From: Felis catus
Taxonomy: Eukaryota
NCBI RefSeq assembly: GCF_018350175.1
Contig: NC_058383.1
Coordinates: 13,394,001 to 13,458,000 of the forward strand
Length of the DNA stretch: 64,000 nucleotides
Direction: 5' to 3'
Shown here: positions 37,920 to 50,055 of the stretch, piece after piece
How the letters are laid out: each line of letters starts with the position of its first letter
Position numbering within the stretch: position 1 is the first letter of the stretch
Notes under the pieces: model-generated
What the model was told of the DNA's origin: nothing
The model's database searches: none
The model's input: only the letters and a program-made list of their open reading frames with translations
Position numbers and translations under genes: made by a program

Positions 37920-38225
37920 TTACTGTTCTTCCTAAACACCCAGTGCTTTCCTGCTTCTAGGACTTGCTCTCACTGCTGCCTGTATTTCATTCCCCACCCC
38001 CCGCCCCCGCATTTCAAATACCTTCCATTTTTGACAAATGCTTCAAAAGCTAGCGCTTCCATAAAGCTTTCCTTCATTCTTCTCTTTGACTTGTATGAGC
38101 TACTTAACTAGTTTGTAAGCTCCTTAAGAACAAGTTCCACAAATATGTTATCTTTGTTCTATCTTATGCAGCAGAGTATTCTACAGATAAGCGTAAAAGG
38201 TTCTTCTCTGTCTGTTGAATGAAAT
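37920..38225 (+). mobile_element. L2 3' end
   Basis: actagtttgtaagctccttaagaacaag...tatcttatgcagcagagt...tgttgaatgaa. Confidence 0.6.
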
Positions 38226-39675
38226 GGGCAGATAGCATCATAGTGGGATAATTGGACTTTTGCCTCCTGGACTATCTCAGCATAGATGTGTTTTAAATCC
38301 TAAAACAGGTTTGAAAAAAATAAAGTAAATCCTAAAACAGGTTTGTGGCATGTCAGCTGAAAAGGCCTTGACCCTTTCCCTCTTAGCCTGGTTTAGCAAA
38401 TGTCCTCATAACTCAGGAAGAAGGATGGCAGCCACTGATCCCCTCCACCTGCCTTCAGGAATCCAGCTCTTGACGCTAGTGGGTATTCTGAACCAGAAGC
38501 CACCTTACTGGCCCTTAAACACAAATGGTTCGAGACTAACCTTAAAAAAGAATTTAAGTGACAAAACAAATTATCTGTCCCTTTTCTACTTTTCTTCCTG
38601 TGGTGTGGCTTTTGACATTTGCATTCCAGACCGAAGCCCTGCAAATAAATGAGCTAAATGCATGCACTGCTCTGGCAAGCTCTCTCTCACGTGTATTTTA
38701 TAACTTAGGCTGACGTGGAAGGGCTTTTCTTTCCAGAGGTGGTTTCGTGGTAATACCCTTCAAAAGCACACAGTGTTCACTTAACTTCTTCCCCTTCATT
38801 GTTTTATTAGCTTTGCTTTGGGAGGTTTTATTCTTCATTTCAGCTGGCTTACGGAAAGAGACAGAACTCTTATACAGCTAATTTGGTTATTGTTTCCTTG
38901 CGTGCTAAATCATGCTTATCAAAAGCACCATTTCCCTTGTATTGTCAAAACTAAAAAGGTGAGCATAAACTACTTTCCTAAAGTTTTTAAGAATCTTAAT
39001 TGCTTATACAAAAAAAGAGGAATGCTGAGTTTAATTAATTACTGGATTGTGGTTCTATGTGGAAAGCACCAGCCTACAACTTTCCCCCAGGTTCAACAAG
39101 CATTTTTGCTGAAAACTTGAGTAGACTTCCAGCGTACTGGAACGAGGGACCGAAATCTTATCTCTCCCCGAATACCAGGGTTGCTTTGTTATGGTGTTTC
39201 CATTTGTGGCATAATGAATGTGTAGGACGCTAATGATGTGGTCTCTAGGTGTTCTCCGACTACACGGAGCACTGATAATGAGCCGCGAGTAATCGGGTAC
39301 GAGTCCCTGAAGATGAATTCTGATTACCTTCGTGGGGCCATTCCGCTCTGCTCCCTTCCTCCTTGATGTTTCTGTAAAGAACATTTGGATTTTGAAGAGA
39401 GTATTGTGCATTTGACTTTTAATTAGATTTACAGTGTGTTGGGTTAATAAACTGGGTCTCTGTCTTCTTCAGCTTTTCTGAAGGGATGTGTGTGGATATG
39501 GCAAGATGGGCTGAGGGGAAAAGGGAGGGCCACGCAGGCAGCAGTGATGGTGCCCTTCCCTTCACGCCCTCATCATGAAGGGCGCTTTTATAGTGGTTCG
39601 TAGTTATAGTGGTCCCATGGTTCATAGGCCACAAATGGCTCTCAGCCTGCCAACTATTGTGGCTGCTCTGTTTAG

Positions 39676-39893
39676 TTTTTACTTATTTATTTTTAAATGT
39701 TTATTTATTCATTTTGAGAGAGCAAGAACATGAGCAGGGAGGGCCAGAAAGGGAGGGAGAGAGAGAATCCCAAGGAGACTCTGTGCCATCAGCACAGAGC
39801 CTGACGTGGGGCTCAATCTCACGAACCCTGAGATCAGGACCTGAGCTGAATCAAGAGTCAGATGCTTAACCGACTAAGCCACTCAGGCACCCC
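39676..39893 (-). mobile_element. CanSINE
   Basis: Full body ending gccactcaggcacccc. Confidence 0.92.
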
Positions 39894-42169
39894 TGGTGTC
39901 TGCTCTGCTAAAAGGAGTCAGTCGTCAGTGAATGTGAGAGTTGTCTGTCAGGGTTGGGTCTGGGTCCTGGGGCTTCGTGCCGTCTTCTTACACTCAGAAA
40001 ACTGATCATCTTGGCTGACCACACCTTTTGACTGGGATTTATAGGGACAGCTTGCTTTTTACTTGTTCCTTTCTGCCTCCTGCTCTGTTCCTCCCTGTTG
40101 GGTCTGTTTATCTCCCTTCCTGTGTGTCGGGTCATTGTCTTCAAATTCATCGTGTGTGGGCATAGGAAGTGCTTTGGCATCTTTAACCTACCTTGGCTCT
40201 CCATCTGGAGGAGAGTTGAAGGAGGAGGATCATGGATCATCTTCACAGTCAACCCCCAGTGTGCTCAGCGACCAATACTTGTGGCCTTGTGTCCCTCTGT
40301 GATGGGTAGTCCTCTCCCCGCCTTGTAAGAAAAGTCGATGTTTGGCCCTTGCTTTGATCTCCGTTGTTTTCCAGTCTTTCAAGATCTCAATCTTCCCGCT
40401 CTTCTTGGGGCGGGTCTTCCAGATGAGGGGCGTGCTCCACTTGGGAGAAATCCCATTCCTTCCATGTGCCCTGTTGCGGCTCTGCGGTGTCTCTGCCGGC
40501 TACTCACTTCTCTCCCTTGATTTGGACTCACGTTAGGGCATCGTTCTTACTTTTCAGAGCACGGGTCTTACCTAACGGGCCAGCCTTCCCCCTGCTCCAG
40601 CGGTGCAACCGCACCACCCTTCTGCCCACCTCTCCCAGTTTATCTTGAGTACGTTACTGCGCCCCATCTGCGAATCCAGAGATCTGGCATCATTTCCCTG
40701 TGTCCTCGTCAGAGCGAGAGCGAAGGAATTGAGGTAGGCTAAAAACATGCACAGGGGCAGAGGTTGCCCGTTCACCCCCCATGAGGGCTCTCTCTTGGCA
40801 GAGGTAGGCACTGGTCCAGCTCCTGGATGACATGAGCTTGGACAACGCAGCACAGTTGTTGCTCTGCGTCTTGTGTGTGACTGCCGCCCCGTTTTTGTTT
40901 AGCAAGCTGCTATGCCAATTTACTATGCATGTTGTTACATATTCTGCTCTAATTTGACTGCCATTTTGCTTCAGCGAGACGATGATTGTTTATGGCAGGG
41001 CTGTAATGTGTTGTCAGCACAGGTTACTCGCTACTTGTTGGCAATGGCCTAACATCGCCTGAGACGTAGTGTCACTGTGAAACGGTTTGACAATGTTGAG
41101 ACTGTAGTTATGTTGAGCAGTAACAACTGTAGAGGTCGAGAAAGGGCATCTAAAAGGAACTGTGTTCATAGGGGAAAGATAGGGAGGGAATACTAAGTAG
41201 GACAGTAGCAAATGTCATCAAAGAGCTTCATTTTCATGCAATTTTCATAATTCGGTTTGTTTTCTGTGAACAGTGTTGATTCAGCTGCTGCTAGGGAGTT
41301 TAGAAACACATTTCTGAGTTAGAAATGACTTTTGTTGAACATGACTCTGCCTATCATTTTCTTCTCTGAACACTAGAAAGTTCTCAAGCCTGTTGTGGAA
41401 TGCCCTAGATCCCTGTGCATGTGTAAGGCAAGGCATTCGTTGGGACACATTCACAAGGATTCATTTGTGGAATGTTTATCTGATGAGTATCAACTACCCT
41501 CACGGACCAGGCTATATAGCCCAAGTTGTATGAGGATGCTTTAGAAATGACATTTGTGTTCTTGGCTCTAAGAAATTCTTAGGACCTAGCCAAGTGTAAG
41601 AACAGTGGATTATGTGTGATAACAGTAAATAAACTTTGAAAGTGATGAAAAATCCCTGTAGAGTTATTGGTTACTGGTTCTTTCCCACAAATCTGTGAAG
41701 TTGGCTCTCTGGTTTGGTGAGGCATACCCATAAGGAGACCCCAGTCCGTATTTCCTTGTAGGAATGGTGCACCCCCAACAGTATTTATCAGTAGTTCCTC
41801 TACAGTTTGGGAGGACTCATTTGTCTCATTTACTATGTGTTTCCCTGCAGGAACTCAAAATGCCCTGATTTCCTTTCCTCTGTAATGTTACAAGCATTTC
41901 AGAAGAATTTTAGAACTATTAGCCCTGGTATTTCCCAGGTGTGGGATTCTCTGAGTGGGCAGCAATGGTGATACCTACATTCTGTCCACCATGGAGGGAA
42001 CTGAAGAACTTTCACACTTGGTGTGCATCCTACAGTTGCCAAAGAGCTTTCCTTCTGGTACCAAATACCTTTCTTCCTAAATGTTTTGACCTCTAGGACC
42101 TCCCTAAACTGTTCTTTCATATTATGCACAAATCCAGAGCCTGGACCACAGTAGGCTTTGCATTTTCTT

Positions 42170-42312
42170 CTTTTTATTGTTGTATAATTGATGTACATTT
42201 TATTACTTCCAGATATATGATGTAATGATTCAGTATTTGTATATATAAATGATCACCCCTATAAGTCTTGTTAACATCTGTCACCATCCTTATAGAATTT
42301 TTCTTGTGGTGA
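42170..42312 (-). mobile_element. L1 3' tip (L1MA9/L1_Carn-like)
   Basis: ttttattgttgtataattgatgtaca...aaatgatcacccctataagtcttgttaacatctgtcacca. Confidence 0.7.
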
Positions 42313-42349
42313 ATCTTCTTTTTTTCTCTTTGAAAAATACTTAAACTTT

Positions 42350-42601
42350 GGGGTGCCTGGGTGGCTCAGTCTGTTGAGTGTCCAACTTCAGCTCAGGTCA
42401 TGATCTCCTGGTTTGTGAGTTTGAGCCCGGCATCGGGCTCTGTGAGGACAGCTCAGAGCCTGGAGCCTGCTTTGGATTCTGTGTTTCCCGCTCTCTCTGC
42501 CCCTCCCCCGCTCACACCCTGTCTCTCTCTCTCTGTCTCTCTCTGTCTCCCTCTCTCTCTCTCAAAAATAAATAAACATAAAAAATTTTAAAAATAAATA
42601 A
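42350..42601 (+). mobile_element. CanSINE (SINEC_Fc2-like)
   Basis: TSD aaaatacttaaactt. Confidence 0.95.
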
Positions 42602-42657
42602 AAAATACTTAAACTTGATCACTGATGTGTTCCAGCTCATCCGAAAAGAGGAGTGCA

Positions 42658-42867
42658 GGGCGCCTTGGTGGTTCAATTGGTTAAGCATACAACTCTAGAT
42701 TTTGACTCAGGTTATGATCTCATGGTTTGTGAGTTCAAGCTCCGTGTCAAGCTCTGCATTAACAATGTGGAGCCTACTTGGGATTTGCTCTCTCCCTCTC
42801 TCTGCTCCTTCCCTTCTTGCTTGCTCTCTCTAAAAATAAATAAATAAACTTAAAAAAAAAAAAAGAA
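42658..42867 (+). mobile_element. CanSINE
   Basis: Degenerate TSD aaaaga(g/t)ga(g/c)tgca. Confidence 0.9.
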
Positions 42868-43499
42868 AAAAGATGACTGCAACTGAATTGATGATGAGTG
42901 AGTGGCATAGAGCATAGCTCATGACGGGGTCAGTGACCTGGTGTGCCCACTGAAGAGGGACAATGTGCATTCAGTCCTCACCACACTTGATTCCTTCTCC
43001 CCTTGGTAGTTTTGCCAGATTCTTTGCCTGTCGATGTTCATGCCAGATCCATAGTGTGTATGCCAGAGCCTTTGACAGAATAATGAGTCAAATCTGGTGC
43101 CAGTTACCCTAGCAGATGCCTTCTTGTTGTTGACCACTTCCTATCACGGATGAGCCGAGAAGAGTAGTGTCTGCTAAGAGTGTTTAGAGGACTTTTCTGT
43201 AAGTGCTAAGTGTTGGCATTACTTCAATTTGAATCAGATCATTTGGAGCTCTTCTTTTGCTTGGATCTCGCAAAGCTGTTGACTCATTTGTATCTTGGCC
43301 TCACGATATTGGGAAAAAGAAGTGCCAACTAGTTTGAGTCAAATCCAAATTAATATCTTTTAAGTGTGGATATGTGGAGAAGGAAGGGGTCCCAGGATCA
43401 TAATTAAAATCCTGGTTAAAACTGTGAATCAAGACATTTGTCCTAATTTGGAATTTTCTTACAAAGTTTTTAAAAACTTTCTAGTAAATTTTTTTTGTA

Positions 43500-44051
43500 T
43501 ATTTACCCTACAACCCAGCAATTCCACTCCTAGGTATTTACCCAAGAGAAATGGAAACATATGCCTATATAAAGACTAGTACACTAGTGTTTGTAGTAGC
43601 ATTTTTCTTAGTGTGGCCAAAAACTGGAAACAAGCGTTATCCATTAATAAGTGGAAATTTTGGCATATCCAGATAATGTCTATTACTAAACACTGAAAAG
43701 AAACAAAAATCCTGATGTGCACGACAACATAGGTGAATTTCAGAAGCATTGTGGTGAATGAAATAAAAGTCAGACACAAAAAAGTACTCTGTGATTCCAC
43801 TTCTATGAAATTCTGAAACAAACGACTCTAGTAACAGAAGGTAGACCAGTTTACCTGGGATCACAGGTTGGGAGCTTTGGTTCCAGAGTGGCATGAGGAA
43901 ACATGGGTGATGGAAATGTTCTGTCTCTTGATTGTGGGGATGGTTTCACAGGTGTGTTTGTGTGCGTATACTCATCGAAATATATACCTCAAATGGCTAC
44001 GTTTTGATTTTATGTGTGTTATACCTCAGTATCATTAAGTTGATTAAAAAA
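43500..44051 (+). mobile_element. L1 3' end (L1ME1/L1MB8-like)
   Basis: cccagcaattccactcctaggtatttacccaagagaaatg...ggtgatggaaatgttctgtctcttgattgtgg. Confidence 0.85.
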
Positions 44052-47000
44052 TACATTTGTTCTCATCCCATTTCTGCTAAAAGAGTAGAGGTCAGAGAAA
44101 ATAGTAGATGTTCCTTCTCTACGATCTCATATGTATATCCTGATTAAAGCATGTATGTCACCATATTGAAACCATTGATTTAAATATCAGTTCCTCCAAT
44201 GGACTCAGCTGGATCAAAATTAATGGACCCAATAAAATTCTTGATCTCACTTACTCCCTACTGCTTTTATCATTGCTGGTATTTGACAGGTTTCAGCAGG
44301 TGAAATTTGGATTCAGAGAATACATTTTGAAAAGCTTAGTAGGAACTCAGAGTTCAGGAGTCAGGCGCAGCACTTTATTCATGGATGGCTATGATGGCCA
44401 TTTTGTTTTCTAAATAATGTTTGACACGGTTCATTTCTTTATGTTGTCTATCTGACTGGTAATTTTTTTTCCTATTTCCATTTTGGTTTTCAGGTTATCT
44501 TCTAGTAAAAAACAATTTTATTTTCACATTATTAATTTTATATTAATGAAAGTACACAAATGAAAAATTAGGGTTTTTTTATATTAGTGAAAGTCGGCAC
44601 AGTTAAAGCACATAGGATATACTATATTAATTAAAAATATTTCATTATATGATACGTTTAAAAAATGAATAATCCACACTCTTTGCAAAGCAAGCATTAG
44701 AATTCTGTGGTTAGTGTCTTATAATCAGTTTCTTATTTAACTTCTTTATGTGCTTAAACTTTTTTATATGTTTCATTAAAGATCTGATATCTTAGTTGAT
44801 ATTGTGAAATTGAGTTTCTTTGCTCCATGTATTAACCTGGGTTTATGTCAAATTAAAGAAAAGGAAAGGTTTAAAACTTTCTTGAAGTGTAGCTATGTCT
44901 TCAGAAAGATACAGTATATAGAAACTGATTTTATCATGTGTATGTTTCGTGAAACAAACAAAAAGAAAATTTTAACTGTCATATCTGAAATCTCTTTGTA
45001 AGATATGAATTGCAAAAAACAAAAACAATTTTCACATATTTTCATGTTACATGTTAGGATGATTCCATGTAGGCCCTGTCTTCATAACTGGTTACAGTAG
45101 AATTATAATATGAGTGCCTGCATTTATAATGAGGGCAATTCTAGGTTATCGGGGGTTGGATATGGGGGTCTCTGGGCCCTACTATGATATATATGTCTGT
45201 GGGCTATAGATTATAATCATAGATCATTTATGCTATTTATCAACTTTGAGATCTTCCATAGAAATTAACTTGATGGACATACATAAATTACATTAAATAT
45301 TATTCGTTCAACTTTAGCCCTGTGTATTTGTGTAAAATGTTATCTCTTAGGAAATATGTGTAATAAAAACATAGGGATTTTAATATAACATATTCAACCA
45401 TATACTCTTTTGTAATGACAGTCACCTAAATGGTTTGTCCATCACCTAGAGGTTAGCAACTAAGTATTTGAAACCAAATAAGTAACCCAGAGTTCTTCTT
45501 TTCCGATCTCTATATGATATAGGGTCATCTGTTACAACATCCTTGGGTCAGTACAGTACATCTTATGTTAAGTTTTGTCTCTAATGAATATTTATATTAC
45601 ATAAATAGGAAAATTGGTGGGTTCCCTTGGTAGAAACATAATATTGATATTTTTAAAGTAAACTTAAATAAGGTCAGAATTTTTATTCTCTAGAGAAAAT
45701 TTCACGTCTGATTAAATAGTTTACATAAACTTAATCTTTTTCTGCTAGATGCATTATAATCTCAGATATTATTCATGTATCTATTCCTCTGTGAACCATA
45801 AAATGTTCATTTCTTCAAAATGAATATGAAGCTCAAAGCATTAGTGGTCTTAAGAGCATAAAAACTTTATTGCTTTGTGCTTAACATTTTTCAGGTAACT
45901 TTGGAAAGCCGAAACAAATTTTGCATTTAGATTAATGGAAGATGTTTTCCATTTGAAGGAACTGGCAAGGGAGCAACAATAACGAAAATCCCCCAAGGTT
46001 AAAAATGTAGTGCTTTTGATTCTTACCAGGACTGTGTTAGCAGAACAATCATTTCTCAGCATGGAAAGGGATCATAATTGGTCTATACAGTGGCAATACT
46101 GGAAACGAGTATGCTTCAGAGAAAGCTAATATGACTCTACTTAATAATTTCCTTCAAGAGCCTGAATTTGAATGTATATTCCACCCAGCTTGAGGCAAAC
46201 AATTTGTTCCTATAAGTTCTAATGGAAGCTACCAGGGGGTCATGCAATTTATTTTTGTCTTGAAGTTTACAAAACTGTGTAGAAAGAAGGACACATTTCA
46301 CTTGCATTGTTCCACTAGTAATTTGATCCAGTCGGCAGTGCTGCTTTTTCTCTTCTCCCCAGTTCTATCATGTTGGAAGACTAGAAGCGTTCATAAAATA
46401 CTGTCGCAAAAAAAGTCTTCCTAGGGTGTTTTTTGCTCTTTGTGTTGGAACCTCTGGTCCGCCTGTGAATGTGTGCATTCTTTAGCAAACTGCTGGCCAA
46501 AATGGTTTGTGTCCGTTTTGTTGTGGCGGTGGTGGTGGTTGTGGGTATTTCCTTTATGGAAATATTGTCTTTTCACTAAGATCACCTAGTTTTCCAAACT
46601 GTTTCTTTATACTGAAGGTTTGGACGGTGGGACTAATTGCAAAACGCCACTGCAGAAGGGAGGGGTCTGTGCGTGAGCATGGGAGCAGTGTGAGAGGACT
46701 TTGTCTTTCCCTTGAAGAATTGACAGTTTTAGGAGGGATGTGTTAGAGGACGAGGACACAGAGACAGACCAAGAATCAGACGGAATGACATGGTCTCTGC
46801 ACTGCAAATATCAGAGGGATAAGGCAAAACCAGAATGTTTTTCTGGGGAGGCTGAGGGATAGTTAGACACTTGAGTTTCGGTTAATTTGATCCAGTACTT
46901 TTAAGAAGTGGCAATAGGTTGCAAGTTAAGTTGTCCCAATATTCGAGCAGCGTGTGGCCTCTGGAAATCATGCCAGACCTTCAAGTTCAGGGCATTCCCC

Positions 47001-47900
47001 TTCCAGTTAACTCATGTTCCCCAAACATATCTTACTTCTTATGATTGATGGTTTTGTTTTTTAAGAATAGTGTTGACTGCCTGAATCTGAAGACAGTAGT
47101 GACTTCCAGTCCTTATAGCTAAAACCTCAAGGATTGAAAATAATTTTATCATCAGCCTTACTGCTAATCTTTACAGCTGAAACAAAAAGAATGGGGAAAC
47201 GAAGGGACGTGGCAGGTTTACAGGCAGCCACTGTTGCCAGACCGTGGTTGTGAAGGCGCTCACGTTGTAAATCCAGTCCCTACGTGAGAACAACTGTTTC
47301 TGGCTAGTGTCTTATAAATTAAGTACACACTGTCTTTTTTTTTTTTTAATACAGTAAACTCTAGTGTATTTTCCTAAGTGATCATGTGCTTAAGAAGAAT
47401 AAGTAAGATAGTGAGGAATTAGGGCTGGAATGGAAAAATAATCACTGAAGAAAATAAAACTGTTGCGTCTTTTCTTGAATCCCTTCTTCTCCTGAACTTT
47501 TTAGATCGGTTCTCCTAGAGAGCAGCTGAACGGATATTACTCTTTTTTATTATTCTCATTAGTCCTTTGCAACCTATAGTAGGGCTGCTGATGAGGAGAA
47601 TGTGTAAGATGCGGGTGTCAGGGAGGCAGGGAGGGGTATGAAGGCAGGTGGCCCGGAAGCAGAAGCATTAATCCCTGAATGACTGGGCTGTTGAATATTG
47701 ACTGTGACTGAAAGTGTTATCGTGGTTTTATTTAAGCCTGACAACTGCCAACCACTTGAAAATTATAATTTTTCTTACCTTAAATGTGATTCATTTAGGA
47801 AAAACTGCCATCAAAGGCCATTCAAATCTATTATGACAACTCTAACTTCTAAAGTAAGCAGAATAAATCAATTTCTTTCTCAGTAAGGTCCATGTCAAAT

Positions 47901-47997
47901 AAGGCTGCTTTGTAAGTTGTCCAGTTTGTGGCTGCAGTTTGAATAGCTTCTTCTGGGCTGTGCACTGTACAACCTGCACAACTCTATGTGGCCACCT
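47901..47997. mobile_element. Palindromic hAT-Tip100 MITE, MER91-like
   Basis: Left arm ggctgc...agttgtccagtttgtg; right arm tgcactgtacaacctgcacaact...tggcc. Confidence 0.6.
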
Positions 47998-48553
47998 AGC
48001 AGTTTCATTCCTAGCTGTATCCCCAGGAGAACTGAAACCTATATTCCTGTAAAAACTTGCACAGAATGGTCATGAAACGTTATTCATAACAGCCAAAGAG
48101 CAGAGACAACCCAAATGTCCATCACCTTATAAATGTATAAACACAACGTGGTATATCAAAGTAAGTCACTAGATGAATGGGAAAGCAAAATGTAGAATAT
48201 TACCTAGCCACAAAAAGGAATGAAATACTGAACCTTGAAAACATTATGGTGAGTGAAAGAAGCCAGACACAAAAGGGCACATACTGTGTGACTTCATTTA
48301 TAGGAGCTGTTCAGAATGGGTAAATCCATAAAGACAGAAAATAGATTCATGGTTGCCAGTGGCTGTGGGGAGAAGGGAGTTAGGAGTGACTGCTTATTGG
48401 GTACAGGTTTCTTTTGGGCATGATGAAAATGTTCTGGAATTAGATAGTGGTGATATTTGCACAACCTTAGAATACTAAAACCCAGTGAAGTATACAGTTT
48501 GAAATGGTTACGATGAATAATTTTATGTTATATGAATTTTATTTCAATTAAAA
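47998..48553 (+). mobile_element. L1MB7/8-like 3' end
   Basis: caacccaaatgtccatca...gaaccttgaaaacattatg...atgaaaatgttctggaattagatagtggtgat...aattttatgttatatgaattttatttcaatt. Confidence 0.88.
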
Positions 48554-48589
48554 GTTCGTATAAGAAGACATAAAATTAAAAAAGATTAA

Positions 48590-49960
48590 TCCAGTGGAGG
48601 TTGACCCTAAATGACTATGTGGGAACTTTTTGTGTTTTAAAAAAGTCTGCGTGAAGCAGCACTGAAATCGGTGCCATTGTCTGAATTTCAGAAGTAACAA
48701 AGGAGAGCTCTCCAAATGTGAATTTATCATAAATAACCTTTGGTAGTGTTTTATTTCCTTTGGTTTCACAGGAGCCTGAGATGCGAAAACACATCAGCAC
48801 TTCCATGTCAAATTACTTGCTTCAGGACACAGCCCATTTGCCATTTTGCAGATGGCCTGCCTGTCTCAAAACGGGCACGTTTCGTCATACCAACTCTGAT
48901 TTCTATTGTTGGCGACACGTTAATAACCAGACTACTTTCCTTCTGTGCAGATAAGCTGCTTCGGTGATAATATTTGCAAATCAAATTGTATCTTCTTTTT
49001 GTGCTATATTGTCCTCAAAATCTTCTGATTGGTTTGGTTACACACATTCCTATATCAGCCTCTCTGTCCTCTTTTAGTTTAAATATCTGTGTTCTGTAGC
49101 AAATTGCATTATGAAACCCTCTCACACTTACTGCTGTTCAGTGCATAGAAATGGCATTTGCTCATTACCAGTCAAAGATAAACTCCAAATGCTGTGATTT
49201 TTTTCCCCCTGAAATATGGAATAACATATTCAAAAATCTTTTCTCTGTTGCATTATTTCTCTGAGCTGTTCTTTGTGAATGCTGACACCAGACGCAGTCT
49301 GCACGGACATTAGTCCCAGGGACATCTTGTCTTCTCCCTTGGATGGGGGAGATTACAGGAAGCGATGCTGACTCTTGTGGGGAGATTCACAAGGTGCTGA
49401 CGTGATAATAGGACATGAATGGGCTCTGGAATGCCTTTTTCCTCGAGCTGGGTTGAGAGAGGGACAGAGGCAGCCGGCTCCACGGCCTGAATTTCGTTAG
49501 CTGGGTGACAATGAGAGAGATAAGTAGATGTGACAGTTATGAATGATCCTCTGTCATGCACTTGCGCGTTCAGACTCAGATACACTGACACTGCTGTCAA
49601 ACACCAGCTCTGGAGAGCTGAGACCCCCGGTGAACCTTCTAATGTGGTCAATGGGAGTCTTAATTCTTCATTAACTGGAAAAAGGAGATTTGGCCATGTA
49701 ATTTTCTCCTTGCTGCCTGTTTTAAAGATTCCAATAACCCAGCATTTACAGTTGACTAGGCAGGGATTGCTTTTCCCCCCCTACACTTGCAACATGCAGA
49801 CTGTGAAATCTGAGGAAACGCCGCTTAAACCCAGACTTATTGCCTTGGTTATCTTTAATGACTTTGAAATGTATTGGCCTCATTATGGAACAGTGCAGTT
49901 ATCAATTCCTCTAATTAGGTGATGTGCTCCCATAAGAAATTTAACATTAAAGCACAAAAC
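48590..49960. promoter_or_regulatory. Putative conserved non-coding element cluster
   Basis: Repeat-free ~1.4 kb; five TGACA/TGTCA sites within 49506-49599, GATA site, CTAATTAG near 49911. Confidence 0.45.
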
Positions 49961-50024
49961 TGAACTAGTTAGAGGCATCCAGTGCTGGCAGCCATGGTAT
50001 CAGTGGTAAATTTAAGATACTGTT

Positions 50025-50053
<29 letters not shown>
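50025..50053. repeat. (GTT)n trinucleotide repeat
   Basis: About 9 units. Confidence 0.95.

Positions 50054-50055
<2 letters not shown>

Noticed and set aside
48771..48954. Acceptor ttggtttcacag followed by an open frame (EPEMRKHIST...)
   Set aside because: No suitable donor before the stop and the peptide is unrecognised; better explained as non-coding.
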